Positions 34,911-42,712 are shown, counted from the first letter of the stretch. The stretch: DNA of 47,071 nt from Candidatus Omnitrophota bacterium (GCA_021158625.1 JAGGUG010000126.1:1-47071), one strand, 5' to 3'. The notes: generated by a model not told the origin, from the letters alone. Program-made: numbers and translations.

Positions 34911-35020
34911 TTCGCTGTAAGGCGAAGGGTTTCTCCTCGCGAAGCGAGAGCCGAAGTTTTCCGACGATATGTCAGAGAGTTGAGAATAGAAATTTGCGGA
35001 GCAAATTTTGTTATCTTTTT

Positions 35021-35049
35021 ACTTTACTACACAATACCAACTTTGTCAA
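35021..35049 (-). promoter_or_regulatory. Sigma70-like promoter upstream of the GC-rich leader and ACT gene
   Basis: Minus strand TTGACA-17 nt-TAAAGT. Confidence 0.45.
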
Positions 35050-35089
35050 CCCTGTTAAATTCGTGTAGCGACTATTTAGTAGGATTGAC
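35045..35089. repeat. Family A element (right arm degenerate)
   Basis: GTCAACCCTGTTAAAT ... TTTAGTAGGATTGAC. Confidence 0.5.
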
Positions 35090-35093
35090 TCTC

Positions 35094-35768
35094 TTAATTC
35101 TCGTTCCGCTGGTGACCTGGTGACTGGCGACTAGAGACTTTCTTTAACGGACAACGCCCACAATCAGGTTTTGTCTTTTTACAGATATCCTTTCCCAGAC
35201 GCACAAAAAGGGCGTGGAACTCGTTGAACAATTGAGCATCTAAAGGTAGGTTCTGCATAAAGAGCTGTTGAATCTTCTGATAATCTGCCTTCTCGGAAAT
35301 CAATTGGAGACGCGATAATATCCGACGGGTATAAGCATCCACCACAAACACTGCTCTATTTCCCGCATAAAGCAAAATAGAATCGGCGGTCTCCTGACCA
35401 ATACCTTTAATCTCCAATAACTCCTGACGGAGAAGTTGCGTCTCTTTTTTAAACATCCTTTTGACACTACCGCCGTAATTAATAAACAGAAAATCTATAA
35501 ACGCCTTCAGCTTTTTTGCTTTCTCATTAAAATAACCTGCAGGACGAATTGCCTTGGCTAAATCTTCGAGCGGCACATCCCTTAACCCTCGCGCAGAAAG
35601 TAACCCTTGTTCTTTGAGATTTCTGATCGCTTTCTCCACATTTGTCCAGGCCGTATTCTGGGTCAAAATTGCCCCGACAATTATCTCAAAGGGACCTTCT
35701 CCAGGCCACCAATTTTGTGGACCAAATGCCTTGTAGAGCCGCTGATAAATTGTCTGGATTTTTACCAT
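35094..35768 (-). CDS. Endonuclease III-like HhH-GPD domain protein
   Basis: 224 aa. The HhH motif LLEIKGIGQETADSILLYA and the Cys cluster CKKTKPDCGRCPL are present. The last ~14 codons are read from a CTGGTGAC-type repeat. Confidence 0.8.
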   Translation of the reverse strand: MVKIQTIYQRLYKAFGPQNWWPGEGPFEIIVGAILTQNTAWTNVEKAIRNLKEQGLLSARGLRDVPLEDLAKAIRPAGYFNEKAKKLKAFIDFLFINYGGSVKRMFKKETQLLRQELLEIKGIGQETADSILLYAGNRAVFVVDAYTRRILSRLQLISEKADYQKIQQLFMQNLPLDAQLFNEFHALFVRLGKDICKKTKPDCGRCPLKKVSSRQSPGHQRNEN

Positions 35769-35852
35769 CTCTTTCCCTCCTATACAGCAGATTCCCGCCT
35801 GGACCTAAAAAGAGAAAAGGATCTTCCGCCATCTCGGATTGAAAATCCGATG

Positions 35853-35888
35853 CAATAAAAAACCTTCGCAAAAACAGCAAAGGTTTTT
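35853..35888 (-). terminator. Intrinsic-terminator-like hairpin downstream of cspA
   Basis: In minus sense it reads AAAAACCTTTGCTGTTTTTGCGAAGGTTTTTTATT. An A-run before and a T-run after suggest it could act bidirectionally. Confidence 0.5.
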
Positions 35889-35908
35889 CATAACTCACTA
35901 AAAAATAT

Positions 35909-35982
35909 GGCCGGCTAAACCCCGTTAGGAACGTTGCTAAATAATTTCATTTTGGAAGGATTTCTAACGGGGTAAACCGGCC
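35909..35982. repeat. Family A element with extended arms
   Basis: GGCCGGCTAAACCCCGTTAG ... CTAACGGGGTAAACCGGCC, 16 nt downstream of the cspA stop. Confidence 0.8.
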
Positions 35983-35998
35983 TATTTGTCTTTTTAGG

Positions 35999-36199
35999 TT
36001 ATAACTTCACTACATTCGTGGCTTGTTCACCTTTAGAGCTCTGCTCGATATCAAACTCGACCTCCTGGCCTTCCTCCAAAGACTTAAAACCTTCACCCTG
36101 AATTGCACTATAATGCACAAATATATCATTGCCTCCCTCAGGGGTAATAAATCCATAACCTTTCTGGTTACTAAACCATTTCACCTTTCCTCTTGCCAT
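35999..36199 (-). CDS. cspA: Cold-shock protein
   Basis: 66 aa. RNP1 KGYGFI and RNP2 VFVHYS are present, with a strong GGAGGTG SD. Confidence 0.95.
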   Translation of the reverse strand: MARGKVKWFSNQKGYGFITPEGGNDIFVHYSAIQGEGFKSLEEGQEVEFDIEQSSKGEQATNVVKL

Positions 36200-36262
36200 T
36201 ACTTATTTCACCTCCTTTCCTTTCCGCAAATTTCGCTCTCGTTTCCCTAATAGAACGAGTAT

Positions 36263-36291
36263 AGCATATACTATTCTTTTCTACTTGTCAA
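36263..36291 (-). promoter_or_regulatory. Sigma70-like promoter upstream of cspA
   Basis: Minus strand TTGACA-17 nt-TATGCT, about 55 nt upstream of the cspA ATG. Confidence 0.6.
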
Positions 36292-36347
36292 CCCTGTTAA
36301 ATAGCCTGGGGCAATTCGGCCATAGGTGAGTTATTAACAAGGTTGAC
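36287..36347. repeat. Family A element
   Basis: GTCAACCCTGTTAAAT ... ATTAACAAGGTTGAC. The left end supplies the cspA -35 box. Confidence 0.7.
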
Positions 36348-36363
36348 TAAATTAATCTAAAAA

Positions 36364-36534
36364 TTATTCTATCTCCTCAAATTCCACATCCACAGCATCT
36401 TTGTAATCAGATTTATCATTCTTATTTCTCTTGTGATAACCTTTATGGGCAAAAGTTTCTTTCCCTAAAATAAGCTTAAACAGAAAACGAAATAATAAAT
36501 AAAGAAATAATAATCTCACGATCAAACTTACCAT
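36364..36534 (-). CDS. Candidate 56-aa membrane-anchored small protein (not in the ORF track)
   Basis: Manual translation gives MVSLIVRLLFLYLLFRFLFKLILGKETFAHKGYHKRNKNDKSDYKDAVDVEFEEIE. A G-rich SD-like GGGGGAAGGG lies upstream. It has a hydrophobic N-terminus and an acidic C-terminus. Confidence 0.4.
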   Translation of the reverse strand: MVSLIVRLLFLYLLFRFLFKLILGKETFAHKGYHKRNKNDKSDYKDAVDVEFEEIE

Positions 36535-36622
36535 TTTACCCTTCCCCCTACCTTACTTCCACCGCCCAGGTGAGCTAATTGCAAAAGCAGGAGTTTGAAT
36601 TACGAACTCTCACGGTGTAAAT

Positions 36623-37477
36623 CTAATCAAAAATAACGGTTTTATTATTATAGACAAGAATCTTTCTCTCTAAATGCCACCTCACGGCGCGGCCCAAAAC
36701 TATCTTTTCTAAATCTTGACCTTTTCTTATTAAATCATCGAGAGAATCCCGATGGCTTATCCTGATGGTATCTTGCTCAATAATTGGGCCGGCATCCAAC
36801 TTTTCTATAAGGTAATGGCTGGTAGCACCGATAATCTTAACTCCTTTTTCGTAGGCTTGTTTGTAAGGTTGCTTACCTGCAAATGCGGGAAGGAAAGAAT
36901 GGTGGATGTTTATAATTTGCTCCGGAAATTCTTCTACAAATTGCTTGCTAAGAATCTGAGTGTATCTCGCCAGAACAATAAGGTCAATCTTCTCCTGTTT
37001 TAATAGCGCTATTTCCCTCTTCTCTTGTTGCAACTTATTTTCCTTAGTAATAGGAAACTCTACAAATCGGATACCGAAACTATCGGCGGTTTCCTTGGCA
37101 AGGGAGTGATTACTTATAATTAAAGGCAGTTCACAATTTAGCTCACCCCCTTTAAAGCGCAAGAGCAGGTCGTGGAGGCAGTGTTCATATTTAGAGACAA
37201 AAATAGCCATACGCATAACTTTATCAGCGAAGTGAAGTGCCCAGCGCATTTTGAACCTATCGGCTAAGGGTCTAAAACTTTCAGCAATCTTATCCTTCTC
37301 GATTTTAAAATCCTTCAGTGACCATTCAATTCTCATAAAGAAGGTATTGGTCTGAGAATCTATATGCTGGTCGGCGTGCTCTATATTGCCGTTGTTTTGA
37401 TATATAAAATTAGCAACACTGGCGGTGATCCCTTTTGTATCCGGGCAGGAAATAAGAAGCATTGCATTATTATTCAT
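36623..37477 (-). CDS. purU: Formyltetrahydrofolate deformylase
   Basis: 284 aa. It has an N-terminal ACT domain and a formyltransferase core with INIHHSFLPAFAG. Confidence 0.9.
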   Translation of the reverse strand: MNNNAMLLISCPDTKGITASVANFIYQNNGNIEHADQHIDSQTNTFFMRIEWSLKDFKIEKDKIAESFRPLADRFKMRWALHFADKVMRMAIFVSKYEHCLHDLLLRFKGGELNCELPLIISNHSLAKETADSFGIRFVEFPITKENKLQQEKREIALLKQEKIDLIVLARYTQILSKQFVEEFPEQIINIHHSFLPAFAGKQPYKQAYEKGVKIIGATSHYLIEKLDAGPIIEQDTIRISHRDSLDDLIRKGQDLEKIVLGRAVRWHLERKILVYNNKTVIFD

Positions 37478-37577
37478 AACAAATTCAAGCCCTCCTTAAA
37501 TTTCTTGGCAGTCCAATTCAATCGGGGACTCAAAAGATATCCCGTCTAATTGGCTCGCGTTTTTTTCTTGCTTTTTC

Positions 37578-38033
37578 CTATTCCCCTATCAAATGCGGAA
37601 TTACTATCCACAAAAGACGCCAGTTTTCTTCCTTCTCCAGAGAGACAACTCCCCCGGGATAAAATTTAATCAAATTTAGGTCCTCATTTCCTGATAAAAG
37701 CAGAGAGGCTAAACTTGCTAAAAAAGGCAGGTGTCCGACGAGCATTAAATCTAAATTAGATTTGATAATCTCTGGGGGAAGTTTCTCCACCGGGTCAAGG
37801 GGATTAAGGTCCTCTCTTTCAACCAAATCTTCGCCTATACCTACCTCCTTAAAAATCTGAGCAGTTTGAATTGCTCTCAACTTCTTGCTATGCCAGATGC
37901 AATGTATTTTTACCTTTCCTTTTAGAAAATTCGCTATTTTAAAAACATCTGTTTTTCCTTTTTCAGATAAGGGCCGCTCTGGAGCAGTTTCCTTAGATAA
38001 AGCCTCTCCATGTTGAACTAAATACAACCTCAT
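37578..38033 (-). CDS. sixA: Phosphohistidine phosphatase SixA-like protein
   Basis: 151 aa with histidine-phosphatase fold. The N-terminal motif reads LVQHGEA, so the usual RHG appears as QHG. Confidence 0.7.
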   Translation of the reverse strand: MRLYLVQHGEALSKETAPERPLSEKGKTDVFKIANFLKGKVKIHCIWHSKKLRAIQTAQIFKEVGIGEDLVEREDLNPLDPVEKLPPEIIKSNLDLMLVGHLPFLASLASLLLSGNEDLNLIKFYPGGVVSLEKEENWRLLWIVIPHLIGE

Positions 38034-38064
38034 TCTTTACCTCCTTTTCCAGCTTTGGTTTATT

Positions 38065-38409
38065 TTAACAGGTAAGATGAAAAGCGCCTACTACTTTTTT
38101 ACCCTTCTCAATATACTCATTAAAAATCTGAGAAGCTTGGCTGGTATTCTTCTCAATGAGCTCTATCTGCTTATCTTTAAGCACTTTCTTGGTGTACTCA
38201 GGTATATCTACGGCGCCGTACGCCCCTGTGCCAACTATCAGCACCTCTGGTTTATAATCTATCACTTCTTTTAAATCCTCTATTGCTAAACAGTGCCCTT
38301 CTCTCCGCCACCAGTTAGTCCTGACTCTTTCAGGGAAAATAATCAAGTCTCTATTATATACCTTGCCATCAACGGTCATCAAGCCGAATGAGTAGGTCTC
38401 AATTTTCAT
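38065..38409 (-). CDS. Mth938-like (DUF498) domain protein
   Basis: 114 aa. The pattern Y..DLIIFP, W.....H and LIVGTGA is typical of this family as I recall it. Confidence 0.6.
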   Translation of the reverse strand: MKIETYSFGLMTVDGKVYNRDLIIFPERVRTNWWRREGHCLAIEDLKEVIDYKPEVLIVGTGAYGAVDIPEYTKKVLKDKQIELIEKNTSQASQIFNEYIEKGKKVVGAFHLTC

Positions 38410-38434
38410 CTTTGATTAATTCAAATAGAGATAT

Positions 38435-38569
38435 TTATTCTGGAACACTCATTTCTCCTCTCGTTTTAACCAAGGGAAGTTTTGTCACCATCCTCTCCGT
38501 CTCTTCTATAACATTGGCTGTGATAGTTAAAATACCGGCAATCAGCAAAAATAGAATCTTTTTCTGCAT
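38435..38569 (-). CDS. Candidate 44-aa signal-peptide-like small ORF (not in the ORF track)
   Basis: Manual translation gives MQKKILFLLIAGILTITANVIEETERMVTKLPLVKTRGEMSVPE. The ATG lies 1 nt after the flavodoxin stop, with AGGA 5 nt upstream. Confidence 0.3.
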   Translation of the reverse strand: MQKKILFLLIAGILTITANVIEETERMVTKLPLVKTRGEMSVPE

Positions 38570-38570
38570 C

Positions 38571-39044
38571 TTATCCTGAGATTTTCTTTAGCAAATCTGC
38601 AAATCTCTTGGCAAATCTTTGGCAGTTAGCTTCTGCCCTTTTATCCAAAGCGCCAATGGCTACCGGGCCATAGTGGTCGCCCTGAAAATCCCCTTGAATA
38701 ATCATTCCGTGAATAAGCATTGCCTCTAAAATGCTCGAGATAGCGGTTTCATTTCCTCCGCCGATATTATTAGAAGAAGTAAATGCTCCTCCTATTTTTC
38801 CATCCAACTTTCCGTGAAAAGCTACACTTTCATCTAATAATTTTTTAATCTGATAAGCGCAAGTCCCATAGTAAGTAGGCGTCCCAAAGATTAAACCCTG
38901 ATAATTGACTAAATCTTCTGCTTTTACTTCCTCAACCCTTTTAAGAATAACCTCCAGATTCTCTTTTTTAATGGACTCAGCGATTGTCTCAGCCATCTGT
39001 TTGGTATTTCCTGTCTTTGAATAATAAGCAATTAATACCTTCAT
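38571..39044 (-). CDS. Flavodoxin-fold protein (WrbA/NAD(P)H-dependent oxidoreductase-like)
   Basis: 157 aa with the FMN-loop motif YYSKTGNT. Confidence 0.8.
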   Translation of the reverse strand: MKVLIAYYSKTGNTKQMAETIAESIKKENLEVILKRVEEVKAEDLVNYQGLIFGTPTYYGTCAYQIKKLLDESVAFHGKLDGKIGGAFTSSNNIGGGNETAISSILEAMLIHGMIIQGDFQGDHYGPVAIGALDKRAEANCQRFAKRFADLLKKISG

Positions 39045-39538
39045 TTTTTCACCCCCTTTTTTTTTAATGCACCTTTGATTACTTCGCTTACTAAACTTTG
39101 TTTATCAACCTTTGACTCCTGAATAGAAAATCTAAAAATTTTCTTTGCACCTTTGTTTCTCACTTCCTTTTCCATTATATTTAAACATCGCCTTACACCG
39201 AGTCCACTGCCATAGGTAACAAACAGAATAACATCCTTGTCTTGTATGCCTCTGCATTCATTTAGATATTTATTCATTGCCGGAGCGGGTGCAAAAGCCC
39301 AAACCGGCGTTCCTAAGCAAATAAGAGCGTATTCAGAAAGGTCTATCTTTATAGGTTTAATCTTCGTCTTTGTTCTCTTAAACGCCTGCACCGCTTGAGT
39401 AAAAAATGCTTTTGGTTCATTAATAGGTTCTAACTTGATTAACTCAGCAGAGCCATTTTGCTTAATATGCTCAGCCAATATCTCAGCAACCTTTGCCGTA
39501 TTGCCGCTATGCGAGTAATAGATAATGATTGATCTCAT
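39041..39538 (-). CDS. Flavodoxin-family protein
   Basis: 165 aa with YYSHSGNT. There is a 4-nt overlap with the downstream flavodoxin gene. Confidence 0.78.
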   Translation of the reverse strand: MRSIIIYYSHSGNTAKVAEILAEHIKQNGSAELIKLEPINEPKAFFTQAVQAFKRTKTKIKPIKIDLSEYALICLGTPVWAFAPAPAMNKYLNECRGIQDKDVILFVTYGSGLGVRRCLNIMEKEVRNKGAKKIFRFSIQESKVDKQSLVSEVIKGALKKKGVKK

Positions 39539-39568
39539 TATTTAATTTTATCTTCCCTGGGCATTACT

Positions 39569-39970
39569 TTAACCTCGAAACTGCTCCCATAAGCGCTCAA
39601 ACCGAGATTCATATATTAGATGGTAAAGATAGACCTTATCGGGAAATAATTCCTTTATTAACTCCTTAAATTTAACTTTTTCTATCTCTATATCTATGCG
39701 AGGATAATCAGAATTTAAAATAAGGGAAACTATCTTTTCTGAAGCCCTCTTTATCTTTGAGAGTTTCTCCTCTTCGACTTCCTGCTCATAGTGCTTGAGT
39801 TCTTTTTCTAAATTATCTGTAAACTCCTTATGATTTAATCTGACTCTTTCTCCGCATTCACAGATTACCTCTTTTTCAAATTCAAACAGGGTTACATCGT
39901 ATTCTCTACCACACTTAGGACATCTTATGGCCATAACTTCCACAGATCTATCTTTTCCAGATGTGCTCAT
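39569..39970 (-). CDS. Hypothetical zinc-ribbon protein
   Basis: It has CPKCG...CECG followed by a helical acidic C-terminal part. The likely true start is the ATG at 39934 (MAIRCPKCG). Confidence 0.5.
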   Translation of the reverse strand: MSTSGKDRSVEVMAIRCPKCGREYDVTLFEFEKEVICECGERVRLNHKEFTDNLEKELKHYEQEVEEEKLSKIKRASEKIVSLILNSDYPRIDIEIEKVKFKELIKELFPDKVYLYHLIYESRFERLWEQFRG

Positions 39971-40466
39971 GGCAATTAGAAATGGGAAACGGAAATTTAA
40001 TGCTTATTATCGTTTCCACACCTCTGACTTTGCCTTCCCAATAAAGTTCTTTTTCTCTTTTTTTAAAATGGTCGTCTAAAAAATCTAAACCAAGTGGTCT
40101 TAAAAACCAATCAAAATCATACCAATAACCTTCCTTTACCCCTTTTACATCACATAAAAGAAGGGTTGATTTTTTGGGTTCATCAAATTCTATCTTAGAA
40201 TCAATAATGTTTCTATGGTACCTCTGGATATTTCTTTTAAAAGAATCAATTTCTTTAGTTATAAATTCTTCTTTAGAGTTTAAAATTTCATAAAAATCCT
40301 CTTCATCCCAAAAAGCTTCCTTCTGGTAATGAGCAACCCCTCCTTCTACTTTTATTTTTATATCTTCTTTTATCGCATTAATATCTATTTGTTCTGATAT
40401 GCCAATAGACCTTCCCGGCAAGAAAACTCCCAAGCTAACCAAACCGATTATTACTAATCTCCTCAT
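39948..40466 (-). CDS. Hypothetical secreted protein
   Basis: The start was moved to the ATG at 40466 (MRRLVIIGLVSLGVFLPG, signal-peptide-like), which is preceded by AGGAGG. I recognise no family. Confidence 0.55.
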   Translation of the reverse strand: MRRLVIIGLVSLGVFLPGRSIGISEQIDINAIKEDIKIKVEGGVAHYQKEAFWDEEDFYEILNSKEEFITKEIDSFKRNIQRYHRNIIDSKIEFDEPKKSTLLLCDVKGVKEGYWYDFDWFLRPLGLDFLDDHFKKREKELYWEGKVRGVETIISIKFPFPISNCHEHIWKR

Positions 40467-40500
40467 CGCAATACCTCCTGAAACCAATGTTCAATAAACT

Positions 40501-40684
40501 AAACCCCGTTAGAAAGGGCGGGGCTTTAATCCCGCCCTTTCTTAATAAAACATTTTTTCCCCGCCCACCCCGTTAGAGACCTTGCTAAAGATGGTTCAAT
40601 GTCATAAGACGAAGGTTTATCTCAAATAGCAAGAGTAGTCTCTAACGGGGCCCACGGAGGGGGGCTTTCTAAGGGGGTAAACCA
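40501..40684. repeat. Cluster of nested or tandem family A elements
   Basis: There are three components. (1) AAACCCCGTTAGAAAGGGCGGG-gctttaa-CCCGCCCTTTCTTAA. (2) ACCCCGTTAGAGAC-N57-GTCTCTAACGGGG, a perfect 13-bp inverted repeat at 40567-40650. (3) A solo arm CTTTCTAAGGGGGTAAACC. Confidence 0.75.
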
Positions 40685-40689
40685 TCTTT

Positions 40690-41457
40690 TTACGGCTTAC
40701 AAACCTTGCAAGGAATATATCCCTTATCTATTGCTTCCTGACGATTATTAAACCAAATTTGATTCTCTGGTTTTATTTTCTTAGCCCACATACACTCGGG
40801 TTTGTGAAATTTTTTAGACTTTTTATGTCCAACATATTTGCCTTTAAATGAAAATTTAGCAACAGGCAAAGTGACCCCTGTAGCAACTGGCAGCTTTTCT
40901 AATCTATTTTTATCTTTATACTCACAAGTATCAATATAAGTGCCGTCCCAGAATTTATTAAATTGCTCTCTGTATCTTCTGGCGAGTTCTCTGGACTTTA
41001 TTATCAGCACATTCTCGTCATTCCTTAAATCTGCACTGACAGTCCAGTTATATGAACCGGTGATAGTAATGTAGTCGTCAATAATACAAAATTTGTTATG
41101 CATAATACCGGAACCGCTTATTAATCTTATATTAACGCCCTTATTCTCTAAAAATTTACTCTTTGTGTATTCATAATGGGGTTGCTCCTCATCCAAACAG
41201 ACCTTAACATCTACGCCCCTATCCTTTGCTCTCACTAATGCCTGGGCTATAGGCCTTGAAGTAAAATAATACATTGCTACATAGACACAACTCCTGGCAT
41301 TATCAATTGCCGAAACAATTTCCTGAGCACAATTATCCTGCGGTGAGAATAAAACTTTTATTTGAGAGGTAGATTCAGAAAAGTTCTGAGCAGTAATTAA
41401 AGGAGAAAATGCAAAGATTGCGATGGATAATAAAACAAAAAATAAAAATTTTCTCAT
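40690..41457 (-). CDS. Secreted PLD-superfamily (Nuc-like HKD) nuclease with a C-terminal Cys/His metal-binding module
   Basis: 255 aa. It has a signal peptide and the HKD motif MHNKFCIIDDYITITGSYNWT. The C-terminus FHKPECMWAKKI...GYIPCKVCKP resembles the Ada-type zinc domain. Confidence 0.78.
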   Translation of the reverse strand: MRKFLFFVLLSIAIFAFSPLITAQNFSESTSQIKVLFSPQDNCAQEIVSAIDNARSCVYVAMYYFTSRPIAQALVRAKDRGVDVKVCLDEEQPHYEYTKSKFLENKGVNIRLISGSGIMHNKFCIIDDYITITGSYNWTVSADLRNDENVLIIKSRELARRYREQFNKFWDGTYIDTCEYKDKNRLEKLPVATGVTLPVAKFSFKGKYVGHKKSKKFHKPECMWAKKIKPENQIWFNNRQEAIDKGYIPCKVCKP

Positions 41458-41528
41458 ATTTCTTGCAGTTAATTATAATTAAACATCACCCGATTCTAAT
41501 GCACCTGCCTGCCGGTAGGCAGTTGTTT

Positions 41529-41643
41529 ACCCCATTAGAGAAAGCCCGCGATTTCAATCGGTGGTCATTACCGATTGAAGCTGACGGTGGTTTAATGCTA
41601 CCGTCAGCGCAAACCGTTAGAGGACGAAGTTCTCTAACGGGGT
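41529..41643. repeat. Family A element with a multi-hairpin interior
   Basis: ACCCCATTAGAGAA ... TTCTCTAACGGGGT. It encloses CAATCGGT-ggtcatt-ACCGATTG and GCTGACGGT-N11-ACCGTCAGC. Confidence 0.75.
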
Positions 41644-41665
41644 TTGGTTTTCTTAGAGTTCATTT

Positions 41666-41890
41666 TCACACTAATTTCTGAATGAGTTTATTTCTCGTTT
41701 TTTCTCCCTTTATAATTCTCAACTCAGATTTCCTGCAGTTAAAATGTCTGGCTAAAATCTGGATGAGTAGCTTGTTTGCTTTTCCTTCAATTGCTGGTGC
41801 AGTAAGATAAACCTTAAGTCCTTTTTCTTCCTTTTTGATTTCATTCCTTCTGGCATTAGGAGTTACCTTTACAGGGATAACATTAACCAT
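41666..41890 (-). CDS. DUF167 (YggU) family protein
   Basis: 74 aa. VKVTPNARRNEI, EGKANKLLIQILA and IIKGEKTRNKLI are present. Confidence 0.75.
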   Translation of the reverse strand: MVNVIPVKVTPNARRNEIKKEEKGLKVYLTAPAIEGKANKLLIQILARHFNCRKSELRIIKGEKTRNKLIQKLV

Positions 41891-42314
41891 CTATCTCCAT
41901 CTCATCTGGTTCCGGCCGATAAGAACGCATCTTTCTCTTCTCTGACCTTTTCCTTTTGGCTTCCAACATCTTCTCTTTGGCCCGCTTTGAACGCTTGCGC
42001 TTCTGTCTTCTTATTTTTTCTATCCGCTTCTTCTCTTCTGATAATACTCCTAATTTAATTCTCTCAATTTTATTTACCAGAATTCTCCTTGCCAAAAATC
42101 TATTCAAGGCCTGTGAACGCTCCTCTTGACATTTTACCTCTATGCCAGTCGGTATATGCTTTAAATAAACGCAGGTGGATACTTTATTTACATATTGGCC
42201 CCCTTTTCCACCTGAACGGATAAATTTCTCCACAAGGTCCTTTTCATAAACCCCTAACCTGCGCATCCTTTTCTGCAATGCTTCTTGTTTAACCTCACTT
42301 ACACCAAAGTTCAT
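41883..42314 (-). CDS. GGQ-domain peptidyl-tRNA hydrolase / release-factor-like protein (ArfB-like)
   Basis: 143 aa. It has SGGKGGQYVNKVST and a very basic C-terminal tail (RRQKRKRSKRAKEK...). Confidence 0.75.
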   Translation of the reverse strand: MNFGVSEVKQEALQKRMRRLGVYEKDLVEKFIRSGGKGGQYVNKVSTCVYLKHIPTGIEVKCQEERSQALNRFLARRILVNKIERIKLGVLSEEKKRIEKIRRQKRKRSKRAKEKMLEAKRKRSEKRKMRSYRPEPDEMEIDG

Positions 42315-42502
42315 AATACATCAAAGAGTTTTTCATTTCGGCAATATAACCTAATTAACTAAAATTCATAATGCTTTTTAAACGATCAAATTCCGATAAT
42401 CTCCCCACGGTTAATCATATCCTCTATCTTTTGCTTAATCCAATGTTTAAGCAAACCCCGCCTCAAGGGAACTAATCCTACCTTCGGAAGCCTCGGGAGA
42501 AC

Positions 42503-42712
42503 CTATAAAGCGGATAAACTTTCATCAATACTCCCATCAGGGAGCATATTATCAGGATGGTATTCGCCTCTCTCTTCCATCTTTCGCCTGACACAATCCG
42601 GGTTGCTTAGCATACAGTAGTTCTCAATCCATTTTCTATCTAACTTCCCTTGCTCGTAAAACCTCCTCATTGGGCAAACAGGGTACCATTTGCATTCCTT
42701 CTTTTCCATCAC
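42503..42712 (-). CDS. Conserved-looking Cys-rich small protein
   Basis: 69 aa. CKWYPVCPMRRFYEQGKLDRKWIENYC and PDCV are present. There is an ATGA overlap with the upstream hydrolase. Function is unknown. Confidence 0.5.
   Translation of the reverse strand: MMEKKECKWYPVCPMRRFYEQGKLDRKWIENYCMLSNPDCVRRKMEERGEYHPDNMLPDGSIDESLSAL

Noticed and set aside
34613-35020. A known structured RNA (RNase P RNA, SRP/4.5S, tmRNA, 6S, T-box) in the GC-rich leader.
   Set aside because: I could not find the conserved cores I know: GAGGAAAGUCC for RNase P, the GGAA-loop AGCA/GGA symmetric loop context for SRP, a tRNA-like end plus tag ORF for tmRNA, or the T-box 14-mer. Only cmscan could settle this.
41470-41510. 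A promoter for the PLD nuclease gene (TTAGAA-16 nt-TATAAT).
   Set aside because: The -10 hexamer is perfect, but the -35 matches only 3 of 6 positions. The implied 5' UTR would be about 7 nt with no SD. It was kept out of the feature list as too uncertain.
42315-42502. A possible small gene or ncRNA in the 188-nt gap upstream of the GGQ protein gene.
   Set aside because: Only a 34-codon plus-strand ORF without an SD and a short minus-strand ORF of about 10 codons were found. I saw no convincing hairpin or repeat-family match.
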